Positions 25,340 through 37,068 of a stretch of DNA of 64,000 nucleotides are shown piece by piece; position 1 is the stretch's first letter; each line of letters opens with the position of its first letter. Origin of the DNA: Squalus acanthias (taxonomy: Eukaryota); contig CM059432.1 of the NCBI GenBank assembly GCA_030390025.1, forward strand, positions 139,936,001 through 140,000,000. Reading direction: 5' to 3'. A program made the translations under genes and the position numbers. Under the pieces are notes generated by a model. The model did not search any database. It was not told the origin of the DNA and saw nothing but the letters and a program-made list of their open reading frames with translations.

Positions 25340-27922
25340 GGGAATGGTAGCATGGTGGTTATATTACTGGACTAGTAATCCACAGGCCTGGACTAATGAT
25401 CCAGAGACGTGAGTTCAAATCCCACCATGACATCGGGGGAATTTGAATTCAGTTAATTAAATAAATCTGGAATAAAAAGCTAGTATCAGTAATGGTAACC
25501 ATGAAACTACCGGATTGTCGTTAAAACCCATCTGGTTCACTAATGTCCTTTAGGGAAGGAAATCTACCGTCCTTACCCAGTCTGGCCTGTGTGTGACTCC
25601 AGACCCACAGCAATGTGGTTGACTCTTAACTGTCCTCTGAAATGGCCTAGCAAGCCACTCAGTTGTAAAAAAACGCTACGAAAAGCAATAAGAATAAAAC
25701 CGGATGGACCAGCCGGCATCAACCTCGGCACCGGCTACGGACACGGCATCGGCACACCCAGCCCAGTCGACCCTGCAAAGTCCTCCTCACCAACATCTGG
25801 GAACTTGTGCCAAAATTGGGAGAGCTGCCCCACAGACTAGTCAAGCAACAGCCTGACATAGTCATACTCACACAATCATACCTTTCGGCCAATGTCCAAG
25901 ACTCCTCCATCACCATCCCTGGGTATGTCCTGTCCCACCGGCAGGACAGACCCACCAGGGGTGGCAGCACAGTGGTATACAGTCAGGAAGAAGTGGCCCT
26001 GGGAGTCCTCAACATTGACTCCGGACCCCATGAAGTCTCATGGCTTCAGGTAAAGCATGGGCAAGGAAACCTCCTGCTGATTTTTTTTTTATTCGTTCAT
26101 GGGATGTGGGCGTCGCAAGCAAGGCCAGCATTTATTGGCTAGAGGCGCGGCTAGTTCTGGAGCACAAGTCTTCAGCACGATAGCCGGGATGATGTCAGGG
26201 CCCATAGCCTTTGCTGTATCCAGTGCGCTGAGCCGTTTCTTGATATCACATGGAGTGAATCGAATTGGCTGAAGACTGGCTTCTGTGATGGTGGGGACCT
26301 CAGGAGGAGGCCGATATGGATCATCCCCTCGGCACTTCTGGCTGAAGATGGTTGCAAATGCTTCAGCCTTGTCTTTTGCACTCACGTGCTGGGCTCCAAC
26401 ATCCCAGCTGTCGTGCTGAAGACTTGTACTCCAGAACTAGCCGCGCCTCTAGCCAAGCAGTTCCAGTACAGCTATAACACTGGCATCTATCTAACAATGT
26501 GGAAAACTGCTCAGGTATGTCCTGTCCACAAAAAGCAGGACAAATCCAACCCGGCCAATTACCACCCCATCAGTCTACTCTCAATCATCAGCAAAGTGAT
26601 GGAAGGTGTCATTGACAGTGCTATCAAGCAGCACTTACTCACCAATAACCTGCTCACTGATGCCCAGTTTAGGTTCTGCCAGGATCACTTGGCTCCAGAC
26701 CTCATTACAGCCTTGGCCCAAACATGGACAAAAGAGCTGAATTCCAGAGGTGAGGTGAGAGTGATTGCCCTTGACATCAAGGCAGCATTTGACCAAGTGT
26801 GGCATCAAGGAGCCCTAGTAAAACTGAAGTCAATGGGAACCGGGAGGAAAACGCTCCACTGGCTGGAGTCATACCTAGCACAAAGGAAGATGGTTGTGGT
26901 GGTTGGAGGTCAATCATTACAGCCCCAGGACATTGCTGCAGGAGTTCATCAGGGCAGTGTCCCAGGCCCAACAATCTTCAGCTTCTTCATCAATGACCTT
27001 CCCTCCATCATAAGGTCAGAAGTGGGGATGTTCGCTGATGTCTGCACAGTGTTCAGTGCTATTCGCAACTCCTCAGATATTGAAGCAGTCCATACCTGCT
27101 GCAGCAAGACCTGGACGACCTGATAAGTGGCAGGTAACATTCGCGCCACACAAGTGCCAGGTAATGACTATCTCTAAAAAGCGAGCGTCTAACCACTGCT
27201 CCTTAACATTCAGCGGCATTACCATCGCCAAATCCCCCATCATCAATATCCTGGGGGTCACCATTGACCAGAAACTTAACTGGACCAGCCACATAAATAC
27301 TTTGGCAACAAGAGCAGGTCAGAGGCTAGTTATTCTGTGGTGAGTGTCTCACCTCCTGACTCCCCAAAGCCTTTCCACCATCTACAAGCACAAGTCAGGA
27401 GTGTGATAGAATACTCTCCACTTGTCTAGATGAGTGCAGCTCCAACAACACTCAAGAAGCTTGACACTATCCAGAACAAAGCAGCACGCTTGATTGGCAC
27501 CCCATCCACCCCCTTAAACATTCACTCCCTCCACCACTGGTGTACTGTGTCTGCAGTGTGTACCATCTACAAGATGCACTGCAGCAACTAGCCAAGGCTT
27601 CTTCGGCAGCACCTCCCAAACCTGCGACCTCTTCCAGCTCGATGGACAAGGGCAGCAGACGCATGGCAACACCACCACTTCCAAGATCCCCTCTAAGTCA
27701 CACACCATCCTGACTTGGAAGTATATCGCCGATCCTTCATCGTTGCTGGGTCAAAATCCTGGAACTCTCTCCCTAACAACACTGTGGGAGTACCTTCACC
27801 ACACGGACTGCAGCGGTTGAAGAAGGCGGCTCCCCACCACCTTCTTAAGGGCAACTAGGGATGGGCAATAAATGCTGGCCTTGCCAGCGATGCCCACATC
27901 CCATGAACGAATTTAAAAAAAA
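25340..27922 (+). mobile_element. tRNA-headed CR1-group LINE, copy 1 (internal deletion plus inverted insert)
   Basis: A box TAGCATGGTGG at 25348-25358 and B box GTTCAAATC at 25413-25421. APE motifs lie in 25807-26080 and RT in 26398-27123. 8-bp TSD TAAAATTC (25332-25339, 27923-27930). Confidence 0.92.
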
Positions 27923-28629
27923 TAAAATTCCATTTTCTGTAAAATCTGCAGTTAAATTTTTAAGATTAACAGGTAACTGAATACATTGATTAAATGTTCC
28001 CATATATTTAACAGCAAAGAGATTAAGCATATTCAAAATGCAATTAAAAGAAAGGTTGTCCCTGCTCCAACTAATTCTGGATAAAAAAACGTGATTAAAA
28101 ACTTGTAAGGACAGGCTATCTGTTTTAATCCCCGTAGTTATTATTCCTCTTCTTTCCCCTCCTTATTTTAATTCAAGGGTTGTGTGGTACACCAAGCAAT
28201 ATGAAGCAGGATAAAGGCGGAAGAACCTTTCAAAGCCCCGTTGCTCTATCAAAGCAGCCAGTCTTTAGGTGCCGAGCAGGAACTGATGAGATGATTTAGT
28301 ATTTAAATACTAATCGGGCCCAGATGTGATAGTACTCAGATGTTGATGCTTTGAAGTGACACAGGACATCCTTGGATGGTGACCCAATATGAGGAATATT
28401 TATCCAGAGTCTTGCAGTCAGTGTGTTCTGTTTCTGTGAGGATTCTTTCCCATGGGTTACTGGGCGGAGAGTCACAACATTACAATGTGGGAGGTGGCAG
28501 AAAGAATGGCAAACCAAATTCCCAAAGAAAAGTTAGGGGCTTTGCATTTATAATGAGCAGGGTGACCTGTTATGCTGCAGCACACGCTTAAAAAAATAAT
28601 ATTTTCAATATACATTTCAATATATTACT

Positions 28630-28931
28630 CTCAAACCCGCGACCTCTACCACCTAGAAGGACAAGCAGGCGCATGGGAACATCACCACCTCCAAGTTCCC
28701 CTCCAAGTCACACACCATCCTGACTTGGAAATATATCAGCCGTTCCTTCATCGTCGCTGGGTCAAAATCCTGGAACTCCCTCCCTAACAGCACTGTGGGA
28801 GCACCTTCACCACACGGACTGCAGCGGTTCAAGAAGGCGGCTCACCACCACCTTCTCAAGGGGCAATTAGGGATGGGCAATAAATGCTGGCCTTGCCAAC
28901 GACGCCCACATCCCATGAATGAATTAAAAAA
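28630..28931 (+). mobile_element. 3' fragment of the tRNA-headed LINE family
   Basis: Near-identical to 27620-27915. Confidence 0.9.
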
Positions 28932-29669
28932 CCCAGATATATTGTAAACAACTAATGGATCTCCTGTGGATTAAAGTGATAAAAAATAAATTGAAGATGA
29001 AAAGAAAAATTAAAGGAAAAAGCTGCCCGTTATTTCCTATCGATATTGCAGGATGATTCTAATCTATAATTGTAAAATGTATTTTTAGTTCAATGGAACA
29101 TTTGGCTAGGATACGATCAATTTTGAATATATCAGAGCAAGTAAGCTGTAGCCAATGCTGAGTGGTTTACACTGAGGTCTTACTATCCTCTGTTATTAAA
29201 CACTCGAGCTCCCAGCCACGAATCACCAAGAACAAGATTTTTCATTCAAGTTGTTAATGGTCCTTTGATTGAACACCATGTTGCATTTGAAAGAACTTTC
29301 TAGCACTCGTCATGTCACAAGTTTATAATTTACAGCACAATGGAGACAAAAGCTCGTTAGTCACTCACTGCTATGCAGAAATTTCCTTCCTCTGTGTTTT
29401 GACAGTTGCTAAAAATTAAAATTAAAATGTCCTGGAGAGCTTGACTCCTGCGATGGAGAATTGGAAGAGGAAGGGAGGGGTGGTGAAGTATTGGAAACTC
29501 CTGCACTAGAGGGCTAGTCACCAGTGGTGACTGTCTGGGCCTCATCATGTGTATAGCACACAACAGTAATGAGGTACTTTATACTATCCACTACAGTAAT
29601 CGGCATTGTTCAACTAATTACGTTGCAGGAATCCATTCCGATATTATTGAACATTGATGCGCACTGATA

Positions 29670-30057
29670 CTGAGGGGAGATTTAATTGAGGTGTATAAAA
29701 TTATGAGGGGCTTAGGTAGTGTGGATAGGAAGGACCTATTTCCCTTAGCAGAGAGGTCAATAACCAGGAGGCATAGATTTAAAGTAATTGGTAGAAGGAT
29801 TAGAGGGGAGTTGAGGAGAACTTTTTTCACCCAGAGGGTGGTGGGGGACTGGAACTCACTGCCTGAAAGGCTGGTAGAGGCAGAGACCCTCATCACATTT
29901 AAAAAGTACTTGGATATGCACTTGAAGTGCCGTAACCTACAAGGCTACGGACCAAGAGCTGGAAAATGGGATTAGGCTGGCTAGCTCTTTTTCGGCCGGC
30001 ACAGACACGATGGGCCAAATGGCCTCCATCTGTGCCATAACTTTCTATGATTCTATG
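29670..30057 (+). mobile_element. CR1 LINE 3' fragment
   Basis: ORF 29691-29975 (RTFFTQRVV..WNSLP) and an (TTCTATGA)n tail. Confidence 0.9.
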
Positions 30058-30443
30058 CACTCAATAAAAGTATAGGTCGGATGCGAGCTAATCTTAATGA
30101 GTGAAGTTCCTCAGACCACAACGTTTTAATGTTTTTTGCAATTGTTAACACTAAAAATGCTAGTTCCTGCTTTATTTACACTAACCATTTGAATTCTTGT
30201 TTATTCAGTCCGGTAAAGATTATCAAAGAGGACTATACTTTCCTTGGTTCACTTATTTTCGTGAAAAAATAATGATGAGACATTGCAAGAATGTTCTAAT
30301 AGACTATTTGCCCATTTAGCTCCTTATGAAAAATGTAATGAAAAGTGAGAGTTTATCACTATCTAAAGGCCATGAAAGACTTATGCCAAGTTGCATGGGG
30401 AAGAGTTGATGAGAAGGAAGAGAGGGGGAGATAAATGAATGGA

Positions 30444-30852
30444 AGAAGAAGAAAGAAAGAGCTTGCATTTCTACAGCGCCTTTCATGACCTCAGTACATC
30501 CCAAAATGCTTTACAGTCAATGAAGTAATTTTTGAAGTGTAGTGACTGTTCATCTGTTTTTATAAGGGATGTTGGTTGAGGGATAAATATTGGGCCAGGA
30601 CACCGGGGTAGAACTCTCTTGCTCTTCTTTGAAATAGTGCCATGGGATCTTTTACGTCCACCTGAGAGAGCAGACGGGGCCTCAGTTTAACGTCTCATCC
30701 GAAAGACGGCACCTCCAACAGTGCAGCGCTCCCTCAGCACTGCACTGGGAGTGTCAGCCTAGATTTTGTGCTCAAATTTCTGGAGTGGGTCTATGAACCC
30801 ACAACCTTCTGACTCAGAGGCAGGAGTGCTACCCACTGATCCATGGCTGACA
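30444..30852 (-). mobile_element. SacSINE1-like DeuSINE with internal deletion
   Basis: Matches 17692-18162. Confidence 0.8.
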
Positions 30853-31292
30853 ATTGGCAAAAATTGAAATTAACAGCAAAGCAGTGAAAGACGTGGACAG
30901 TACAGAGGAGTTTTCTGTCTCACAAGAGGGTGCTATGATGATTGCTGGGTCTCTCAGCACAGCAGGAGGAGAAGGAGGAGGAGAGCACACAGTAAAGCAG
31001 GCATCAATGTTCCATGGAAGCTCAGCGTAAGCTCGAGGAACAGCACCTCATCTTCCGATTAGGCACTTTACAGCCTTCCGGACTGAATATCGAGTTCAAC
31101 AATTTCAGATCATAACCTCGGCCCCTACCACATATATATATATATTTATATATATTTTTTATCCACACTTTTGGTTTGTGCCTTTTCCCTTTTTTTTCTC
31201 TCTCCCACATGGCAGCTGTCTTTCATTCTGCCAGCGCATTTCACACTTCTAGAGCCATCTTTTGTTTCTTAACCTGTCCTATTACCATCTCG

Positions 31293-33489
31293 TAAAGGAC
31301 AGTCATCCGTGGCTAAGTAAAGAAATTAAGGATAGTATTCGACTAAAAACAAGGGCATATAAGGTAGCGAAATCTAGTGGGAGGACAGAGGATTGGGAAA
31401 ACTTTAAAAGGCAGCAAAAAATAACAAAAAGATTGATTAAGAAAGGGAAGATAGATTATGAAAGTAAATTAGCAAAAAATATAAAAACAGATAGTAAGAG
31501 TTTTTATAGTTATATAAAAAGAAAAAGGGTGGCTAAAGTAAATGTTGGTCCCTTAGAGGATGAGACAGGGAAATTAATGGTGGGAAATATGGAGATGGCA
31601 AAAACACTGAATGAATATTTTGTATCAGTCTTTACAGTAGAGGACACTAAGAATATCCCAACACTGGACAAACAGGGGGCTATAGGGGGAGAGGAGCTAA
31701 ACACGATCAAAATCACTAAGGAAGTGGTACTCGGTAAAATAATGGGACTCAAGGCGGATAAATCACCTGGACCTGATGGCTTACATCCTAGAGTCTTGAA
31801 GGAAGTGGCGGTAGGGATTGTAGATGCATTGGTAATAATTTTTCAAAACTCCCTGGATTCCGCTAAGGTCCCGGCAGACTGGAAAACTGCTAATGTAACA
31901 CCCTTATTTAAAAAGGGCAGTAGACAGAAGGCTGGTAACTATAGACCGGTTAGCCTAACATCTGTGGTAGGTAAAATTTTGGAGTCCATTATTAAGGAAA
32001 CAGTAACAGGACATTTGGATAATCATAATTTAATAGGACAAAGTCAGCATGGTTTTACGAAGGGGAAGTCATGTTTGACAAATTTGCTGGAGTTCTTTGA
32101 GGAAGTAACATATAGAGTGGATAAAGGGGAACCAGTGGACGTAGTGTATTTAGACTTCCAAAAGGCATTTGACAAGGTGCCACACAAAAGATTATTGCTT
32201 AAGGTAAAAAATCACGGGATTGGGGGTAATATTCTGGCATGGATAGAGGATTGGCTATCTAACAGAAAGCAAAGAGTTGGGATAAATGGTTCATTCTCAG
32301 ACTGGCAATCAGTAACTAGTGGTGTTCCACAGGGGTCAGTGCTGGGTCCCCAACTCTTCACAATCTATATTAACGATTTGGAGGAAGGGACCAAGTGTAA
32401 CATATCAAAATTTGCAGATGATACAAAGATGGGAGGGAAAGTAGTGAGTGAGGAGGACATAAAAAACCTGCAAGGGGACATAGACAGGCTAAGTAAGTGG
32501 GCAGAGATTTGGCAGATGGAATACAACACTGGAAAGTGTGAGGTGATGCACTTTGGCAGGAAAAATCCTAGAGCAATTTATTATCTTAATGGCAAGAAAC
32601 TGGAGAGTACTGAAGTGCAAAGGGATCTGGGGGTCCTGGTGCACGAAACTCAAAAGGTTAGTATGCAGGTGCAGCAAGTGATTAAGAAGGCAAATGGAAT
32701 GTTGGCTTTCATTGCTAGGGGGATAGAATATAAAAATAGGGAGGTATTGCTTCAGTTGTACAAGGTATTGGTGAGACCGCACCTGGAATACTGCATACAG
32801 TTTTGGTGTCCTTACTTAAGGAAAGACATCCTTGCTCTCGAGGCAGTGCAAAAAAGGTTCACTCGGTTAATCCCGGGGATGAGGGGGTGGTCATATGAGG
32901 AGAGGTTGGGTAGATTGGGACTCTACTCATTGGAGTTCAGAAGAATGAGAGGCGATCTTATTGAAACATATAAGATTGTGAAGGGGTTGGATCGGGTGGA
33001 TGCGGGGAGGATGTTCCCGATGACGGGTGAGACTAGAACTAGGGGACATAGTCTTAGAATAAGGGGCTTCTCTTTCAAAACTGAGATGAGGAGGAACTAC
33101 TTCACTCAGAGGGTGGTAGGTCCATGGAATATGCTGCCACAAAAAGCTGTAGAAGCTACAACATTAATTAAATTTAAAACAGAAATAGACAGTTTCCTAG
33201 AAGTAAAGGGCATTAAGGGTTACGGGGAGCGGGCAGGAATTTGGACATGAGTCTAGGTTCGGATCGGTCATGGCCCTGTGGGTAGTGGAGCGGGCCCAGG
33301 GACTGTGTAGCCTGATTCTGCTCCTATTTCGTGTGTGCAATTCTGTTAGATGCAGGAGATGGTTCTGTGATAGATAGTAGATTGGCGGTTAGGATCAGAT
33401 CAGCCATGATCTTATTGAATGGCGGAGCAGGCTCGAGGGGCCGATTGGCCTACTCCTGCTCCTATTTCTTATGTTCTTATGTTCTTATG
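31293..33489 (+). mobile_element. Young CR1 LINE, 5'-truncated, with an uninterrupted ORF2 (RT) segment
   Basis: About 650 open codons to the stop at 33250 (NYRPVSLTS, YLDFQKAFDKV, SGVPQGSVLGP, KFADDTK). It has a (TTCTTATG)n tail and a candidate TSD TCTCG (31288-31292, 33490-33494). Confidence 0.96.
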
Positions 33490-33608
33490 TCTCGCCTTGA
33501 GTATCTCTTAATGTCTCTACTTCTCACAGACCTCCCCTTTTGTTCTTTTATTCCTTCCCCCTGCCTCCAAACTTGCTTTTTCATCTGTTTCATTTCCTGC
33601 TTTTTTCT

Positions 33609-33649
33609 CAGTTCTGACGAAGGGTCTTCGACCTGAAACGTTAACTCTG
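33609..33649 (+). ncRNA. Minimal type I hammerhead ribozyme in the Penelope 3' repeat
   Basis: AGTT-CTGACGA-A-GGGTC TTC GACCT-GAAA-CGTT-AACT: core CUGANGA and GAAA, stem I AGTT/AACT, stem II, and palindromic AACGTT at stem III. Confidence 0.78.
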
Positions 33650-34199
33650 TTTCTCTCTCCACGGATGTTGCCTGGCCTGCTGAGTATTTCCACGCTTTCT
33701 GTTGTTATTTCAGTTTTCCAGCATCCGCAGTATTTTGCTATTGTATCAATTACCACCTTGTGCTTCACGTGGCTCTCTGTCTCTTTGAGAGAGCAAAAAA
33801 CGGCTGGAATATTCCTTATTGTGCCTTCAATGTGTTATCGACCAAAGGGCAGTGTTCACTTTACCTCTGCTGCATTCACCTCACAGCACGGCTTCCCTGT
33901 GGTTCTGAGAGCCACGTAAAGGGGTCAGAGGTGTTGGTTACCGATGTCCCCCCAGGACAATATAAATGTTGCTGCTGAAGTCACAGGCCACTATCATTTC
34001 CAGCTACTGCTAGGCTGATTAGCTCAGCTAAGCCATATCTAGGCCCAGGCCCTGGGATAGGTTTGGTGGCCAGAATCGATGCTTCGAAACAACTTCGTGT
34101 AGGCAGTTGTTTTGCTGTCCCAGTGCTGTGAATCCACTCTGCAATATGAATGAAGAGCCTCGAGCAGTATTACAGACCCTACCAGGTGCACACACGTCC

Positions 34200-34450
34200 A
34201 AAATGAAGAAACCACAAGAAGAGGTTCGGAAAAGAGAGGTTTTAAGGCTAAGGAGGTAAAACTGCTGGTTGCTGAAACAATGAAATCTGAAAGGAGTACG
34301 ACTGATAACTCGAGAAAGACCTCCAGGCAAAGAAGGCCTGTTCAGTGTGGGAATAGATAACTTGCGAGGTGCTGGCTTCAACTGTAGCTATGAGAATCAG
34401 GCAGCAAAGCAAAGAAAAAGGCACAGTGACCTTAGGCAGCATGCCAAAGA
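34200..34450 (+). pseudogene. Highly decayed Harbinger Myb/SANT-like remnant
   Basis: Frameshifted peptide pieces AKEVKLLVAE and SVWE*ITCEVLASTVAMRIRQQSKEK follow the Myb_DNA-bind_5 pattern. Confidence 0.4.
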
Positions 34451-34652
34451 GAAATAAACCAACATGTAGTGCTTACTCAAGGCCTCTGCAGCAATCAATG
34501 CCAATACAAGAGACAGCTTCTCGGCTTCTCAAACTGAGTTAGATAAAGGCGCGGCTTTGAAGGCATTAGAATGCACATCAGCATCTTTTGAGTTCCCATT
34601 CCTTATTCTTCTGTGCTTATTTAGGTTTACATATTTAGCACATTCTACATTC

Positions 34653-34955
34653 TAGGGGGCATGGTCTCAGGATAAGGGGTCGGCCATTTAGGACTGAGAT
34701 GAGGAGGAATTTCTTCACTCAGAGGGTGGTGAATCTTTGGAATTCTCTACCCCAGAGGGCTGTGGATGCTCAGTTGTTGAGTATATTCAAGGCTGAGATA
34801 GATAGATTTTTAGACACGAAGGGAATCAAGAGATATGGAGATCGGGCGGGAAAGTGGAGTTGAGGTCGAAGATCCGCCAGGATCTTATTGAATGGCGGAG
34901 CAGGCTCGAGGAGACGGATGGCCTACTCCTGCTCTGAATGCTTATGTTCTTGTGT
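34653..34955 (+). mobile_element. CR1 LINE 3' fragment
   Basis: Encodes RGHGLRIRGRPFRTEMRRNFFTQRVV, followed by the CR1 tail. Confidence 0.9.
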
Positions 34956-35227
34956 TAATACATATTGTACATCGCTTTCCTACAAACACAAGCACAATAT
35001 GTGCAGCAGTCAACACTGCATTAACTAACCATGTAGGTAAGATCTCCTCTGGTGTCTATAAGTAGTGACATTGTAACTATGTTTATGAAGATTTTTCTTG
35101 TATTTGTAGCAAACTGATAACCCCGTTCTATTAGAATCTGCACAAATTCACTGGAAGTAATGAACAGTGAAATCATTACAAACAAATTTATGATGCTGCT
35201 AAATGTAGCGAGCAGAGGACACCTTAC

Positions 35228-35268
35228 CCTGCCCCCGCCACCATTTGTTGTTTATGACACTAGAGTTC
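35228..35268 (-). CDS. Candidate 41-nt exon (NSSVINNKWWRGQ) of an unidentified minus-strand gene
   Basis: Acceptor TTTATATCTACAG|G and donor CAGG|GTAAGG. Only one frame is open (phase 2 in, phase 1 out). Confidence 0.22.
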
Positions 35269-35466
35269 CTGTAGATATAAACCGTGAGTTGGAACAATTT
35301 AAAGTCATGGGAAATTAGATTACTGACACTGACTTGTGTGTTGGAGTCATCTTTTGGCAACAAAATATGTGATGATGACAATGGGATTTGTAACTCGGAA
35401 AAATGCAGTACTTTGCATGAATTGACATTTGTTGGATTCTTTACAAACTCACGCAAGGTACTGCAT

Positions 35467-35745
35467 TTATTTTTATTCATTCACGGGAATAAATGAGCCT
35501 CCTTCTTGAACCGCTGCAGTGCGTGTGGTGAAGGTGCTCGCGCACACTGCTGTTCGGGAGGGAGTTCCAGGATTTTGACCCAGCGACGACGAAGGAACGG
35601 CGATATATTTCCAAGTCCGGATGGTGTGTGACTGGAGGGGAACTTGGAGGTGGTGGTGTTCCCAGGCGCCTGTTGCCCTTGCCCTTCTGGGTGGTAGAGG
35701 TCGCGAGTTTGGGAGGTGCTGCCGAAGAAGCCTTGGCGAGTTGCA
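35467..35745 (-). mobile_element. 3' fragment of the tRNA-headed LINE family
   Basis: Antisense match to 28630-28931. Confidence 0.88.
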
Positions 35746-36061
35746 AATCTCATTGGCATCATCGCCTATTTAGCGCAGGAAATGGAATGCAGCTTCTGAC
35801 GATGCCGACTGCAGTCCCACTGTAGCCTGAATGTGACAGTGGTTCACCCATCACTGTAATACACCAAACCTATTGAAGCCATTTATCACAATACTGTCAC
35901 GAGGTAAATATATTACACACCTTCCTGATATCGAAAGATGCTGGCCTAATAAATATAAGGGCCTGGATTTTCTGAGCTTTTTATGCCTGTTTCTGGCCAT
36001 CAAGCCCGTCACTCCTATACTTAGCTTCACCCAGTCAAATTTCCAACTGAACTTGTTCAAC

Positions 36062-37068
36062 GTAGAAACATAGAAACATAGAAGATAGGTGCAGGAGTAG
36101 GCCATTCGGCCCCTCGAGCCTGCTCCGCCATTCGATGAGATCATGGCTGATCATCCAAACGCAGTACCCTGTCCCTGCCTTCTCCCCATATCCCTTGATC
36201 CCTTTAGCCTTAAGAAATTGGGACTCTACTCATTGGAGTTCAGAAGAATGAGAGGCGATCTTATTGAAACATATAAGATTGTGAAGGGGCTTGATCGGGT
36301 GGATGCGGTAAGGATGTTCCCAAGGATGGGTGAAACTAGAACTAGGGGGCATAATCTTAGAATAAGGGGCTGCTCTTTCAAAACTGAGATGAGGAGAAAC
36401 TTCTTCACTCAGAGGGTGGTGGGTCTGTGGAATTTGCTGCCCCAGGAAGCTGTGGAAGCTACATCATTAAATAAATTTAAAACAGAAATAGACAGTTTCC
36501 TAGAAGTAAAGGGAATTAGGGGTTACGGTGAGCGGGCAGGAAATTGGACATGAGGCTGAGTTCGGATCAGTCGAGGCCCTGTGGGTGGCGGAGCGGGCCC
36601 AGGGGCTGAGTGGCCGGGTCCTGCTCCTACTTCTTGTGTTCTTTAGATTTGAGGTTAGGATCAGATCAGCCATGATCTTATTGAATGGCGGAGCAGGTTC
36701 GAGGGGCCGATTGGCCTACTCCTGCTCCTATTTCTTATGTTCTTATGTTCTAAATATATCTAACTCCTTCTTGAATATATTTACTGACTTGGCCTCAACT
36801 GCCTTCAGGGGTAGAAAATTCCACAGGTTCACCACTCTCTGGGTGAAGAAATTCTCCTCATCTCTGTCCTAAATGGCTTACCCCTTATCTTTAGACAGTG
36901 ACCTCTTGTTCTGGACTCACCCGCCATCGGGAACATCCTTCCTGCATCCAGTCTGTCTAGCCCTGTTAGAATTTTATAAGTTTCAATGAGATCTCCTCTC
37001 ATTCTTCTAAACTCCAGCGAGTATAAGCCCAATCGACCCAATCTCTCCTCGTACGTCATTCCTGCCAT
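36062..37068 (-). mobile_element. CR1 LINE 3' fragment interrupted by an antisense young CR1
   Basis: Tail at 36062-36218 and coding part at 36752-37068 (YEERLGRLGLYSLEFRRMRGDLIE). Confidence 0.9.
36219..36751 (+). mobile_element. Young CR1 3' fragment, same subfamily as 31293-33489
   Basis: Near-identical to 32916-33250. Candidate TSD AAAT (36215-36218, 36752-36755). Confidence 0.92.

Larger units (their letters stand above)
31017..33742 (+). mobile_element. Penelope-like element 3' fragment (31017-31292 and 33495-33742) split by a CR1 insertion
   Basis: Encodes the GIY-YIG C-terminus AQRKLEEQHLIFRLGTLQPSGLNIEFNNFRS*. Its 3' region is collinear with the minus-strand copy at 51950-52430. 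Confidence 0.88.

Noticed and set aside
25340..25430. tRNA genes at the A/B-box heads (also near 18150, 24920, 59240)
   Set aside because: No complete cloverleaf is evident, and each is the 5' head of a retroposon.
31262..33250. 662-aa ORF as a host gene
   Set aside because: It is 5'-truncated CR1 ORF2. The first codons come from flanking Penelope sequence with a TTG start.
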